Positions 25,004 to 40,470 of a DNA stretch of 64,000 bases are shown here, in pieces. Under the pieces are notes generated by a model. The model worked only from the letters and a program-made list of their open reading frames with translations. It was not told the DNA's origin and did not search any database. The stretch is from Amphiscolops sp. MND2022 (taxonomy: Eukaryota). The stretch spans positions 73,968,001 through 74,032,000 of the forward strand of contig OZ076409.1 of NCBI GenBank assembly GCA_964187785.1, written 5' to 3'. Every line of letters starts with the position of its first letter. Position 1 is the stretch's first letter. The position numbers were made by a program, and so were the translations under genes.

Positions 25004-26988
25004 GTGGGCGGGGGTAATTCCCCAACAAAAATTACGGCCGGCGGGTTGGGTCCTGCCGGACGTCAAATAGCAAAGAATATCTAGTAGGAAACGGCGACAC
25101 AGAATCGCGATTTTTAAATCTAACCACAATTTTTTGGACTTGGAGTGCATGCGGCCCTAAAATGCCCATACGAATCGAAGTTCCTGCTGACGTTAAGCGA
25201 TTGAAATAATATATAAAAAGTTATGGCCCATTTTTCACTCACAAAGAAGGGTAAAATGAGGAAATTTTTAACAAAGTCGCTGATAACTCAAAATGTGTTA
25301 ATTTTTGGACATTGACTGTGAAACAAGCTTGGAACCTTCATTTCGTGGCTGTGGCATTGCACTGAACACAAAAGATGTAAAGTTTTTAGATTTTTTGAAA
25401 ATTCGAAATTTTTGAAATTTTTTTCACTACTATCAGTACCCCATATGTCAAAAACGCCTCAGAAAAATTTTTTTATTTGCTTTAAATTGGAAACCTTGGT
25501 ATCCATGGTTTCTGTCGCATCCTACTCGCAGTCAAACACCCAACAGTTTGCATCCAATGTGGAAATAAAAATTTTTTCGGGGTCATAAGCGTTTCACAAG
25601 GATTTCTCAACTTAATTTCAAGTTACAAATTGGTCACATTGAACACATTATTTTCATCGAAGCGCGTCAGATACCGCCCTAAAGCTCACGAACGGTCCTA
25701 CTGGCAACGTAGCAACCATTTATAGAAATGTAAAGTTATAAAAAAAATTTTTCACCCGGTCTTCAGTCATTTTTCAGTCATTCGGAACTTAACTTAGAAA
25801 AATTTCGACCAAAATATCCATTTTTTGTCAGGTCGAAAAATCAAATTCAGATTTTTAAGCAAAATTATTAACTCTGACGTAACCCATGGGGCCCATGATA
25901 CTCAAAACAACGATTGACACTGGTATCAATGGCTCCAATAACATATGAGTCGCGATAAGACGTTATTTTGAGCATTACGTCTCAATTGAGGTAAAGATCT
26001 CGCAAGCCAGCGATCACTGTGAAATGTAATTTCATCAAAAATTTACTCATTTTTGTCAATCATTATGTGCACAGAATGCGTAGGGTGCGTTTCAGCACTA
26101 TAATGAGGTTTTTGAATGCATCGAGTTGCTCAAGGGGTGGTACGAGACATTTTTGTCCCATGTACTACTGTATTTTCCAAAATTTTTAGCCCAATATCTG
26201 GAAATACAAACTTGACAAAATACTTTCAACTACTTTATTCAAAGGTTACAATATAGATGAACACTGTGGTTGATCAGAAACTTTCATCTCTTTCGTTTTC
26301 CGAAATATTTTCCTTCGCATGTGTTATATTTGTATCAGAAAAAAAATCGAAACTGAAAAATACGCTATTTTGCTAATATAGAATCGCAATGATTGTGCCT
26401 AAAAACTCTTTAAACACTTCTAACGCGACCTTACGCACCCAATATGATCGAAAATGCTATTCACAATGGTGACATGTGCTCTTTCAACGATCCTGGCTGG
26501 ACAAGGTTTGCATATTTTTCAAGTACCTGTCAGCTGAATCTTGTGATAGCCTTTTAAGTTGGCCTTGTGTCAACTTGGGAAGGCTATCACATCAAACAAC
26601 CATCAACAAAAATAATTTTTGTTTATTGGATATTACAGTTGATACCTTATTTCGTGATTCTATACTACCGTTAGTATATTCCATGAGGTCACCTTACGAT
26701 TGCATTCAGACTTTGATGAAAACCTATGAACTCAATGTCACATTTATATATTTTTTGCCCAAGAAAATCATCAAAAACATCTAATATATATAAAATTGAG
26801 TCTTTAACTTTTTTACGTTTCAAGTTTCTGCCGTTATTAGGCCAATCAACTTCCTACAGCCACGCTCTCTGTCATACTGTACAACGCCACATAGTGTTGC
26901 GACGTGCACAGTCTGTGGGCATGCCGAGGCATGCCCTTCGACGACGTATGCCGAATACCGCGGGCCTACGCCCGCGCTCCCCGGCTAG
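25004..26988 (+). mobile_element. Unit 9, 1985 bp, ~2-kb class
   Basis: Close to unit 12. Core 26917-26936, CTAG 26985-26988. Confidence 0.75.
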
Positions 26989-29900
26989 GTGGGCGGGGGT
27001 AATTCCCCAACTAAAAATTCGGCCGGCGGGTCGGGTCCTGCCGGCCGTCCAAAATCAAAATCCTACTAGTAGAAAACGGCATGTCAAACGAGCTATTTTT
27101 TTATTTAACCGTTAGAATTTGGGTTTAGATTGCATGCGGCCATGAAATGGCCATACGAATTGAAGTTCCTGCTGACGTTTTGCGATTGAAACACTTTATA
27201 AAAAGTTATGGCCAATTTGTCAGTCACCTAGAAGGGCAAAATGAGGAAAATTTTAACAAAGTCGCTGATATCTCAAAATGTGTTAATTTTTGGACTTTGA
27301 CTGTGAAACAAGCTTGGAACCTTCATTTCGTGGCTGTGGCATTGCACTGAACACAAAAGCTGTAAAGTTTTCACATTTTTTGAAAATTCGACATTTTTGA
27401 AATTTCTTTCACTACCATCAGTACCCCATATGTCAAAAACACCTCAGAAAAAAATTTTTATTTGCTTTAAATTGGAAACCTTGGTATCCATGGTTTCTGT
27501 CGGAACCTACTCGCAGCCAAACACCCAACAGTTTGCATCCAATGTGAAATAAAAAAATTTTTCGAGGTCATAAGCGTTTCACAAGGTTTTCATGATTTAG
27601 TATTAAATTACATAGTGGTCATTTTAAACATAAAATTTTGGTCCAGGCATGTCGGATATAGTCTGAATGCTCACGAACGGTCCTACTGGCAACGTATGAA
27701 CCATTTATAGTAATAAAAAGTATTAAAAAAATTTTTTCACCCGGTCTTCAGTCATTTTTCAGACATTCGGAACTTAACTTAGAAAATTTTCGAACCAAAT
27801 ACCCATTTTTTGTCAGGTCGAAAATTGAAATTCAGCTAATAAAGCAAAATTTTTTACTCTGACGTAACCAGTGGGGTCCATGATACTCAAAAATACGATT
27901 GGGACTGGTACCAATGGCTCCTATATCATATGAGCCGCGATAAGATGTTATTTCGAGCAATACGTCTCAATTGAGGTAAACATCTCGCAAGCCTGGGATC
28001 ACAGTGAATTGTAATTTTATCAAAATTTTACTCATTTTTGTCAATCACTATGTGCACAGAGTGCGTAGGGGGAGTTGTAGCACTATAATGAGGTTTTTGA
28101 AGGCATCGGGTTGCTCAAGGGGTGGTATGAGACATTTTTTTCCTATATACTACTGTATTTTCCAAAACTTTTAGCCCATTATCTGCAAAAACTAACTTGA
28201 CAAAATACTTTGAGTTACTCTACTCAAAGCTTAGAACATAGATGAACACTGTGGTTGATCAGAAACTATTTACTATTTTGTTTTTAGAAAAAACTGCCTT
28301 GCATGTGTTACACTAGTGGCAGGAAAAATACCAGTAGCTCCAAAAATCACAAATTTGGACGGACAGACTTGCAATGATGCAAAGCAAAAACGTTTCAACA
28401 ACTTCTGACGCCACTTCTTTTACCCAAGAGGTTCGAAAACGCCATTAACAAGGCTGACATTCGCAATAAATAAGATCGAGGTCCATTTACTAACACTTAG
28501 GTTTCAAATTTGTTTCTGAGAAACCCGTTTTTGTCAGGTCGCAATTTCAAATTTAATTTGGGAAGCAAAATTTTTCACTCTGAAGCAAACCGCTGGGCCC
28601 AAATTACTCAAAAACAACAAAAAGACTATCACCATATGCTCTAATAACATATGAGATGCGACAGTATGCTTTTAACACAAAAACTCTCATCCGAAGTAAA
28701 CATGTTGAAAGCCTTGAATCACCGTGAGAAGTGATTTCATCAAAAAATATTTCTTTTTCGTCAATCACTATATACACAAAACCCGTTGTGTTAGTTTCAG
28801 CCGTGAAATGAGGTTCTACCGTAATATGGGTTGCTCAAGGTGTTGTATAAGAGAAAATCGTCCTCTTTTCTACTAACTTCTTCAAATATTTCGACCCTTT
28901 GTCACACGAAGTTAAAATTCAAAATCTCTTTGAATTGTTTCTTTAGGTTGGGATGAAGTGGTAGAACAATAACTTTGATCCAAGAATGCTAGTATTGGTG
29001 TTTGGACCATGTTTGGATGAACAAATCGCAAAATCATGAAAAATTTGTTTCTTTTTTTGGTTATTTTGGCAGTACTAAAAATGTTAGCTGACAAATAATT
29101 TTTTCGATAGCACCATTGGATTCCGCTCAAAAAGTTGGTTATATGACATGTGTAATAACGCCGTATCTTTTCAATTTAAATATATTTAAAAAGCCAACTT
29201 TTTTGACCAAAATCCTAAAAATCATACCATTTCCTAAAAAATTTCAAATGCACCCCATTTGACGTATAACAATAGCACAGAAAACTATCATATACCGATC
29301 AACTCTACTCTCATTGTGGATTATTAGCATTTTGTTTTGAACGAATTTTGATGGATATTAAAAAATTTTGAACCCTCCAAATATGGGCCAAAATTACACG
29401 AAAAAATTGACCTTAAAATTTTAAAATGTCAAAAAATCATCAAAACTACAGCTTCTTGGGGTTCTATCAACTCCACGTGGTCCACAGAGTACGCTAAAAC
29501 AGGTTTTACCCGTTTTTGAGCAATATGTGAAAAAGCCGACATTTTTGGGAAAGAAAAACATCCCATTTCCTAAAAAAATTCAATTGCACGCCATTTGCCG
29601 TATGAGAATAGCACGGAAAACTATCACATACCGATCAACTCTACTTTTATTGTAGATGATTAAAAATTAGTTTAAAACAAATTTTGACGGATATTAAAAA
29701 ATTTTAAACCCTTAAAAAATGGGCCAAAATTACACGAAAAAATTGACCTTAAAATTTTAAAATGTCACAAAATCATCAAAACCACAGCTTCTTGGGGTTC
29801 TATCAACTCCACGTGGTCCACAGAGTACGCTAAAACAGGTTTTACCCGTTTTTGAGCAATATGTGAAAAAGCCGACATTTTTGGGGAAGAAAAAATAGGC

Positions 29901-31738
29901 ATTTCCTAAAAAAATCAAATGCACGCCATTTGCCGTATAAGAATAGCACAGAAAACTATCATATACCGATCAACTCTACTCCCATTGTAGATTATTAGAA
30001 TTTTATTTTGAATGATTTTTGATGGTTATTAAAAAATTTTGAGCCCCCCAAAAGCGGGCCAAAATTACACGAAAAAATTGACCTTAAAATTTTAAAATGT
30101 CAAATAATCATCGAAACCACAGCTTCTTGGGGTTCTATCCACTCCACATGGCCCACAGAGTATGCCAAACCAGGTTTTGCGCGTTTTTGAGCAATATTTG
30201 AGAAAGCCGAGTTTTTTGGGGAAGAAAAACATAACATTTCCTAATAAAATTCAAATGCACGCCATTTGGCGTATGACAATAGCACAGAAAACTATCACAT
30301 ACTAATCAACTCTACTCTCTTTGTAGATCACCAGAGTTTTGCTTAGAATAAATTTTGATGAATATTTGTAAATTTTAAACCCTCCTAATATGGGCCAAAA
30401 TCACACGGAAAAATTGACCGTAAGGTATTAAAATGTCAGAAATTCATCAAAACCACAGCTTCTTGGGGTTCTATCATTTCTATATGACTTTCAGAGTATA
30501 CCAAACAAGGTATTAACATTGGGCGATAATTAAAAACACCAATTTTATTTTAGAAGAAAACCATAATAAGTTCAATATAAGAAGTGAATCATTCCATATA
30601 TATACCCTGTCTTATATTTTAAATTAGCGATAATATATATACTTGATGTTTTTTGAAAGTGAGCTTCATAAGTGGTTGAGATGTGATAATACGTAAATGG
30701 ATTCCAAGTTTCATCGAAATGTCAATGGAATACGTCCAATCAACTTCAATCTTAACAATTAGATAACAAAAAACCTAAGTACATTCCATCTCCCCATCGG
30801 GGAGATGAGAATGTACTTTTCAAAAACCAAAAACTTAGATGTTTTTTTTTTGTAACACTTACTGTAACTGCTGAAATGATGAAAGAATAATTATGCTTCT
30901 AATAACTCCATGATTTTTTGCTTCAGCATTTTTTTTGCAGAACAAAACCATCAGACATATTTTTCGCAGTTAAGTTCGATCGTATTACCCAGTGAACAAA
31001 GGTATGGAAGGATGTTTACAAGTTGTTTCAAAACTTTCCCGCCTTCCAAAATAATGAAACGTCTACACAACCAAGATAGCAAATGAATGAATGCGGAATG
31101 CATCTTATTAGATAAGATAAATAACGTGTAGAACTTACCTTTATCTGAAGTTGACGTTGATTTATGATCTTTAGAGGATAGTTTGATTTTTGACCATAAT
31201 AGTGGGAAACTAATTATTATATGAATGATGGCGTGGAAAGCGTTCAGAAATTGTAGTATTTTGGATTCGAGCATGTATGCGTGGGTTCCTTTGGTGGCGT
31301 TAGCTTAGTGTACATGATGGAAGTTTTCGATCTGTTATGATTAATTTTACTCACGAGTCTTTGTTTTTCCTATTTTTTTGCCATTAAGTACATTCATTCT
31401 ATCCCCTTTTCTGAGAATGTACGTTTGTCAAATGACTGTCATCCAAATTTTGCATTCCCGAAGAGTTTAAATACATAACACGTGTTTAGCGTTTCCAAAT
31501 CACAACCGAGTAACATTCTATTTTTTTTTCTCAAAATTGATAATGGTTTTGATTTTGGTGTCTTCTACTTTCATCATCCATCATAACAACCACCTTACCA
31601 TGTCTCTCGCTTGTCTTCATTTTACAACGCCACATAGTGTAGCGACGCCCACAGTCTGTGGGCATGCCGAGGCATGCCCTTCGACGACGTATGCCAAATT
31701 TAGCGTTAGCCCGCGGTCACTACCGCGGTAGCAGCTAG
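26989..31738 (+). mobile_element. Unit 10, 4750 bp, diverged 4.76-kb class member
   Basis: Has the 336-bp array and H1 (~30777-30817), but its terminal hairpin is the unit 0/8 type. Core 31660-31679, CTAG 31735-31738. Confidence 0.75.
29223..30570. repeat. Internal tandem repeat, ~4 x 336 bp (unit 10)
   Basis: Diverged monomers, same copy number. End approximate. Confidence 0.85.
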
Positions 31739-34700
31739 GTGGGCGGGGGTAATTCCCCAACTAAAAATTCGGCCGGCGGGTCGGGTCCTGCCGGCCGTCC
31801 AAAATCAAAATCCTCCTAGTAGAAAACGGCATGTCAAACGAGCTATTTTTTTATTTAACCGTTAGAATTTGGGTTTAGATTGCATGCGGCCATGAAATGG
31901 CCATACGAATTGAAGTTCCTGCTGACGTTTTGCGATTGAAACACTTTATAAAAAGTTATGGCCAATTTGTCAGTCACCTAGAAGGGCAAAATGAGGAAAA
32001 TTTTAACAAACTCGCTGATATCTCAAAATGTGTTAATTTTTGGACTTTGACTGTGAAACAAGCTTGGAACCTTCATTTCGTGGCTGTGGCATTGCACTGA
32101 ACACAAAAGCTGTAAAGTTTTCACATTTTTTGAAAATTCGACATTTTTGAAATTTTTTTCACTACTATCAGTACCCCATATGTCAAAAACACCTCAGAAA
32201 AAAATTTTTATTTACTTTAAATTGGAAACCTTGGTATCCATGGTTTCTGTCGGAACCTACTCGCAGCCAAACACCCAACAGTTTGCATCCAATGTGAAAT
32301 AAAAAATTTTTTCGAGGTCATAAGCGTTTCACAAGGTTTTCATGATTTAGTATTAAATTACATAGTGGTCATTTTAAACATAAAATTTTGGTCCAGGCAT
32401 GTCGGATATAGTCTGAATGCTCACGAACGGTCCTACTGGCAACGTAGGAACCATTTATAGTAATAAAAAGTATTAAAAAAATTTTTTCACCCGGTCTTCA
32501 GTCATTTTTCAGACATTCGGAACTTAACTTAGAAAATTTTCGAACCAAATACCCATTTTTTGACAGATCGAAAATTCAAATTCAACTTTTTAAGCAAAAT
32601 TATTAACTCTGACGTAACCAGTGGGGTCCATGATACTCAAAAATACGATTGGGACTGGTACCAATGGCTCCAATATCATATGAGCCGCGATAAGACGTTA
32701 TTTTGAGCAATACGTCTCAATTGAGGGAAACATCTCGCAAGCCTGGGATCACAGTTAAAAGTGATTTCGTCAAAAATTTACTCTTTTTCGTCAATCACTA
32801 TGTACACAGAGTGCGTAGGGTGAGTTTCAGCACTATAATGCGGTTTTTGAAGGCATCGGGTTGCTCAAGGGGTGGTATGAGACATTTTTTTTTGCATGTA
32901 GTACTATATTTCTCAAAACTTTTAGCCCATTGTCTCGAAAAGCTCACTTCGCAAATTACTTTCAATTACTCTATTCGAAGCTTAGAATATATATGAACAC
33001 TGTGGTTGATCAGAAACTCTTGACTATTTTGTTTTTGGAAAAAAACTGCCTTGCATGTGTTACATTAGTGGCAGGAAAAATACCAGTAGCTCCAAAAATC
33101 ACAATTTTGGACGGACAGACCTGCAATGATGCAAAGCAAAAACGTTTCAACAACTTCTGGCGCCACTTTTTTTTTACCCAAGAGGTTCGAAATTACTATT
33201 AACAATGCTGACATTCGCTATAAATAAGATCGAGGTCAATTTACTAACACTTAGGTTATACATTTATATCTGAGAAACCATTCTTTGTCAGGTCGCAATT
33301 TTAAATTTAGTTTGGGAAGCAATACTTTTCACTCTGAAGCAAACCGTTGGGCCCAAATTACTCAAAAACTACAAAAAGACTGTCACCATATGCCCTAATA
33401 GCATATGAGATTCGACCGTATGTTTTTAACACAAAAACTCTCATCCGAAGTAAACATGTTGAAAGCCTTGAATCACCGTGAGAAATGATTTCATCAAAAA
33501 ATATTCCTTTTTCGTCAATCTTTATCTACACAGAACACGTTGTGTCATTTTCAGCCGTGAAATGAGCTTCTACCGTAATATGGGTTGCTCAAGGTGTTGT
33601 ATAAGACAAAAACTTCCTCTTTTCTACTATCTTCTTCAAATATTTCAACCCTTTGTCACAAGAAGTTAATATTCAAAATCTCTTTGAAATGTTTCTTTAG
33701 GTTGGGGTGAAGTGTTAGAACAATAATTATGATCGAAGAATGATAGTATTGGTGTTTGGACCATGTCCGGATGAACAAATTGCAAAATCATGAAAAATTT
33801 CTTACCATTTTTGGTCATTTTGTCAGTACTAAAAATGTTAGCTGAAAAAGAATTTTTTTGATGGCACCATTGGATTCCTCTCAAAAAGTTAGCTATATGA
33901 GCTGTGTAATAACCCCGTATCTTTTCAATTTAAATAATTTTAAAAAGCAAACTTTTTTGACTAAAATCCTAAAAATCATACCATTTCCTAAAAAATTTCA
34001 AATGCCCCCCATTTGACGTATAAGAATAGCACAGAAAACTATCACATACCGATCGACTCTACTTCCATTGTAGATTACCAGAATTTTGTTTAGAACAATT
34101 TTTGACGGATGCAAAAAAAATTTAAACCCTCCAAAAAAGGGCCAAAATTACACGAAAAAATTGACCTTAAAATTTTAAAATGTCGAAAAATCATCAAAAC
34201 CACAGCTTCTTGGGGTTCTATCAACTCCACGTGGTCCACAGAGTATGTTAAAACAAGTTTTACCCGTATTTGAGCAATATGTGAAAAAGCCGACTTTTTT
34301 GGGAATGAAAAACATACCATTTCCTAAAAAATTTCAAACGCACCCCATTTGACGTATAAGAATAGCACAGAAAACTATCACATACCGATCGACTCTACTT
34401 CCATTGTAGTTTACCAGAATCTTGTTTAGAACAATTGTTGACGGATGCAAAAAAAAATTAAACCCTCCAAAAATGGGCCAAAATTACACGAAAAAATTGA
34501 CCTTAAATTCTTAAAATGTCAAAAAATCATCAAAACCACAGCTTCTTGGGGTTCTATCAAATCCACGTGGTCCACAGAGTATGCTAAAACAGGTTTTACC
34601 TGTTTCTGAGCTATATATGAAAAAACCGACATTTTGGGGAAGAAAAACATACCATTTCCTAAAAAATTTCAAATGCACGCCATTTGCCGTATGAGAATAG

Positions 34701-36503
34701 CACAGAAAACTATCACATACCGATCAACTCTACTTCTATTGTAGATTATCAGATTTTTGTTTAGAACAAATTTTTATGGATATAAAAAATTTTTAAACCC
34801 TCCAAAAATGAGCCAAAATAACACGAAAAAATGGACCCTAAATTTTTAAAATGTCAAAAAATTATCCAAACCACAGCTTCTTGGGGTTCTATCAGCTCCA
34901 CGTGGTCCACAGAGTATGCTAAAACAGGTTTTGCCCGTTTTTGAGCAATATATGAAAAAGCCGACATTTTTGGGGAAGAAAAACATACCATTTCCTAAAT
35001 AATTTCAAATGCAGGCAATTTGCCGTATGAGAGTAGCACAGAAAACTATCACACACCGATCAACTCTACTTCTTTTGTAGATTATCAGAATTATGTTTAG
35101 AGTAAAGTTTTATGGATATGAAAAATTTTTATACCCTCCAAAAATGGGCCAAAATGACACGAAAAAATTGACCTCAAATTTTTAAAATGTCAAAAAATTA
35201 TCCAAACCACAGCGTCTTGGCGTTCTATCAACTCCAAATGACCTTCAGAGTATACCAAACCAGGTATTGCCAATCTTTTGAGCAATATTTAAAAACACCG
35301 ACTATTTGGCAAGAACACCATAATATGTTCCATATAAGAAGTGAATCATTCCACATATATACCCGGTCTAATATTTCCAACTTAGCGATAACATTTATAC
35401 ATGATGGTTTTTGAAAGTGAGCTTCATAAGAGGTTGAGATGTAATAATACGTAAATGGACCCTAAGTTTCATTGAAATCTCAATGGAATACGTCCAATCA
35501 ACTTCAATCCTAACTATTATATAACAATAAACACTTGAGTACATTCCATCTCCCCATCGGGGGAGATGAGAATGTACTTTTCAAAAGCCAAAAACTTCGA
35601 ATTTTAAATCTTTTGTAACATTGTATGTAACTGTTGAAACGATGAACGAATAAAAATGCTTCTAGTACCTTCATCAATTTTTGCTTCAGCTCCTATTTCT
35701 GCAGAACAAAACCAAAAGACACACTTACAGCAGTTAAGTTCGATTGTATAACTCAGTGATATAAAGGTATGACTGAGGAAGTTCACAAGTTGTTTCAAAA
35801 GTTTCCGGCCTTCCAAAATCATGAAACGTCCACACAACCAAGATAGCAAGTGAAAGAATGCTGAATGAACCTTATTAGATGAGATAAATAATGTGTGGAA
35901 CTTGCCATTATCTCAAGATGACGTTGATTTATGATCTTTTAAGGATAGTTCGATATGTGACCACAATAGTGGAAAACTTATTACTATTTGAAGAACACCG
36001 TGGAAAGCGTTCAGAAAGGACAGTATATTTGTTTCGAGCATGCATGCGTGTGTTCCTTTGGTGACGTTAGCTTAGTGTACATGACGGAGGTATTCGAGAG
36101 ATTATGATAGAGTTTACTCACAAGTCTTTGTTTTTTAAACTTTCTATGCCGTTGAGTACATTCGTAAGGTACATCCATCCCCTTCTCTGGGAATGTACGT
36201 TTGCCAAATGACTGTCATCCAAAATTCGTAATCCGGACGAGTTTAACTACATAAACATGTGATGAGCGTTTTCAATTCACAACCGAATAACATTTTTTTC
36301 TCGAAAATGATGATGGTTTTGATTTTGATGTCTTCTACTTTTATCATCATGCAAACGACCTTACCATGTCTCTCTTCTGTCGTCATTTGTACAACGCCAC
36401 ATAGCGTTCCGACGCCCACCGTCTGTGGGCATGCCGAGGCATGCCCTTCGACGACGTATGCCAAATGAGCCATACCCGCACTCTGGAGTGCGGTAGCGGC
36501 TAG
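31739..36503 (+). mobile_element. Unit 11, 4765 bp, 4.76-kb class
   Basis: The first ~0.8 kb resembles unit 10 and the remainder resembles unit 2. Core 36427-36446, CTAG 36500-36503. Confidence 0.75.
33977..35325. repeat. Internal tandem repeat, ~4 x 336 bp (unit 11)
   Basis: Same monomers as unit 2. End approximate. Confidence 0.88.
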
Positions 36504-38488
36504 GTGGGCGGGGGTAATTCCCCAACAAAAATTACGGCCGGCGGGTTGGGTCCTGCCGGACGTCAAATAGCAAAGAATATCTAGTAGGAAACGGCGACAC
36601 AGAATCGCGATTTTTAAATCTAACCACAATTTTTTGGACTTGGAGTGCATGCGGCCCTGAAATGCCCATACGAATCGAAGTTCCTGCTGACGTTAAGCGA
36701 TTGAAATAATATATAAAAAGTTATGGCCCATTTTTGGGTCACCGAGAAGGGCAAAATGAGGAAATTTTTAACAAAGTCGCTGATAACTCAAAATGTGTTA
36801 ATTTTTGGACATTGACTGTGAAACAAGCTCGGAACCTTCATTTCGTGGCTGTGCCATTGCACTGAACACAAAAGATGTAAAGTTTTTACATTTTTTGAAA
36901 ATTCGAAATTTTTGAAATTTTTTTCACTAGTATCAGTACCCCATATGTCAAAAACGCCTCAGAAAAAAATTTTTATTTGCTTTAAATTGGAAACCTTGGT
37001 ATCCATGGTTTCTGTCGGATCCTACTCGCAGTCAAACACCCAACAGTTTGCATCCAATGTGGAAATAAAAATTTTTTCGGGGTCATAAGCGTTTCACAAG
37101 GATTTCTCAACTTAGTTTCAATTTACAAATTGGTCACATTGAACACATTATTTTCATCGAAGCGCGTCAGATACCGCCCTAAAGCTCACGAACGGTCCTA
37201 CTGGCAACGTAGCAACCATTTATAGTAATATAAAAGATTAAAAAAATTTTTTCACCCGGTCTTCAGTCATTTTTCAGTCATTCGGAACTTAACTTAGAAA
37301 AATTTCGACCAAAATACCCATTTTTTGTCAGGTCGAAAAATCAAATTCAGATTTTTAAGCAAAATTATTAACTCTGACGTAACTCATGGGGCCCATGATA
37401 CTCAAAACAACGATTGACACTGGTATCAATGGCTCCAATAACATATGAGTCGCGATCGGACGTTATTTTGAGCAATACGTCTCAATTGAGGTAAAGATCT
37501 CGCAAGCCAGCGATCACTGTCAAATGTGATTTCATCAAAAATTTACTCATTTTTGTCAATCATTTTGTGCACAGAATGCGTAGGGTGCGTTTCAGCACTA
37601 TAATGAGATTTTTGAATGCATCGAGTTGCTCAAGGGGTGGTACGAGACATTTTTGTCCCATATACTACTGTATTTTCCAAAATTTTTAGCCCAATATCTG
37701 GAAATACAAACTTGACAAAATACTTTCAACTACTTTATTCAAAGGTTACAATATAGATGAACACTGTGGTTGATCAGAAACTTTCATCTCTTTCGTTTTC
37801 CGAAATATTTTCCTTCGCATGTGTTATATTTGTATCAGAAAAAAAATCGAAACTGAAAAATACGCTACTTTGCTAATATAGAATCGCAATGATTGTGCCT
37901 AAAAACTCTTTAAACACTTCTAACGCAACCTTACGCACCCAAAATGATCGAAAATGCTATTCACAATGGTGACATGTACTCTTTCAACGATCCTGGTTGG
38001 ACAAGGTTTGCATATTTTTCAAGTACCTGTCAGCTGAATCTTGTGATAGCCTTTTAAGTTGGCCTTGTGTCAACTTGGGAAGGCTATCACATCAAACAAC
38101 CATCAACAAAAATAATTTTTGTTTATTGGATATTACAGTTGATACCTTATTTCGTGATTCTATACTACCGTTAGTATATTCCATGAGGTCACCTTACGAT
38201 TGCATTCAGACTTTGATGAAAACCTATGAACTCAATGTCACATTTATATATTTTTTGCCCAAGAAAATCATCAAAAACATCTAATATATATAAAATTGAG
38301 TCTTTAACTTTTTTACGTTTCAAGTTTCTGCCGTTATTAGGCCAATCAACTTCCTACAGCCACGCTCTCTGTCATACTGTACAACGCCACATAGTGTTGC
38401 GACGTGCACAGTCTGTGGGCATGCCGAGGCATGCCCTTCGACGACGTATGCCGAATACCGCGGGCCTACGCCCGCGCTCCCCGGCTAG
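36504..38488 (+). mobile_element. Unit 12, 1985 bp, ~2-kb class
   Basis: Close to unit 9. Core 38417-38436, CTAG 38485-38488. Confidence 0.75.
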
Positions 38489-40470
38489 GTGGGCGGGGGT
38501 AATTCCCCTTCAAAAAATTCGGCCGGCGGGTTGGGTCCTGCCGGACGTCAAATAGTGTGAAACATCCAGTAGGAAACGGCGACATAAATCAGCGATTTTA
38601 AAATTTAACCGTTAGAATTCGGACTTGGAGTGCATGCGGCCCCAAAATGCCCATACGAATCGAAGTTCCTGCTGACGTTAAGCGATAAAAACATTTTATA
38701 AAAAGTTATGGCCCATTTTACGTTCACCTATAAGGGTAAAATGAGGAAAATTTTTACAAAGTCGCTGATAACTCAAAATACATTAATTTTTGGACTTTGA
38801 CTGTGAAACAAGCTTAGAACCTTCATTTCGTGGCTGTGGCATTGCACTGAACACAAAAGCTGTAAAGTTTTTACATTTTTTGAAAATTCGACATTTTTGA
38901 TTTTTTTTCACTACTATCAGTACACTATATGTCAAAAACACCTCTGAAAAAAATTATTATTTGCTTAAAATTGGAAACCTTGGTATCCATGGTTTCTGTC
39001 GGAACCTACTCGCTGCCAAACACCCAACAGTTTGCATCCAATGTGAATTTAAAATTTTTTTCGAGGTCATAAGTGTTTCACAAGGTTTTCATAACTTAGT
39101 ATTAAACTACAAACTGGTCATTTTCAACATAATATCTTTGTCGAGGCATGTCGGATATAGTCCTATTGCTCACGAACGGTCCTACTGGCAACGTAATAAC
39201 CATTTATAGAAATGTAAAGTTATAAAAAAAAATTTCACCCGGTCTTCAGTCATTTTTCTGTCATTCGGAACTTAACTTAGAAAAATTTCGACCAAAATAT
39301 CCATTTTTTGTCAGGTCGAAAAATCAAATTCAGATTTTTAAGCAAAATTATTAACTCTGACGTAACCCATGGGGCCCATGATACTCAAAACAACGATTGA
39401 CACTGGTATCAATGGCTCCAATAACATATGAGTCGCGATAAGACGTTATTTTGAGCATTACGTCTCAATTGAGGTAAAGATCTCGCAAGCCAGCGATCAC
39501 TGTGAAATGTGATTTCATCAAAAATTTACTCTTTTTTGTCAATCACTATGTGCACAGAATGCGTAGGGTGCGTTTCAGCACTATAATGAGGTTTTTGAAG
39601 GCATCGAGTTGCTCAAGGGGTGGTATGAGACATTTTTGTCCCATATACTACTGTATTTTCCAAAATTTTTAGCCCAATATCTGGAAATACAAACTTGACA
39701 AAATACTTTCAACTACTTTATTCAAAGGTTACAATATAGATGAACACTGTGGTTGATCAGAAACTTTCATCTCTTTCGTTTTCCGAAATATTTCCCTTCG
39801 CATGTGTTACATTCGTAGCAGAAAAAAAAATCGAAACTGAAAAATACGCAATTTTGCTAATATAGAATCGCAATGATTGTGCCTAAAAACTCTTTAAACA
39901 CTTCTAACGCGACCTTACGCACTCAAAATGATCGAAAATGCTATTCACAATGGTGACAAGTGCTCTTTCTACGATCCTGACTGGACAAGGTTAGCATATA
40001 TTTCAAGTACCTGTCAGCTAAATCTTGTGATAGCCTTTTCAGTTGGCCTTGTGTCAACTTGGGAAGGCTATCACATCAAAAAACCATCAACAACGATAAT
40101 TCTTGTTTATTGGATCTTACAGTCGATACTTTTTTTCGTGATTCTATACTACCGTTAGTATATTTCATCAGGTCACCTTACGATTGCATTCAGTCTTTGA
40201 TAAAAACCTATGAACTCAAAGTCACATTTATATATTATTTTGCCAAAAAAACATCCAAAATATCTAAAATATATGAAATAGAGTCTTTAACATTTTTACA
40301 TTTCAAGTTTTTGCCGTTATTAGGCCCATCAACTTCCTACAGCCACGCTCTCTGTCATTAGTACAACGCCACATAGTGTTGCGACGTTCACGGTCTGTGG
40401 GCATGCCGAGGCATGCCCTTCGACGACGTATGCCGAATACCGCGGGCCTACGCCCGCGCTCCCCGGCTAG
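38489..40470 (+). mobile_element. Unit 13, 1982 bp, ~2-kb class
   Basis: Core 40399-40418, CTAG 40467-40470. Confidence 0.75.
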
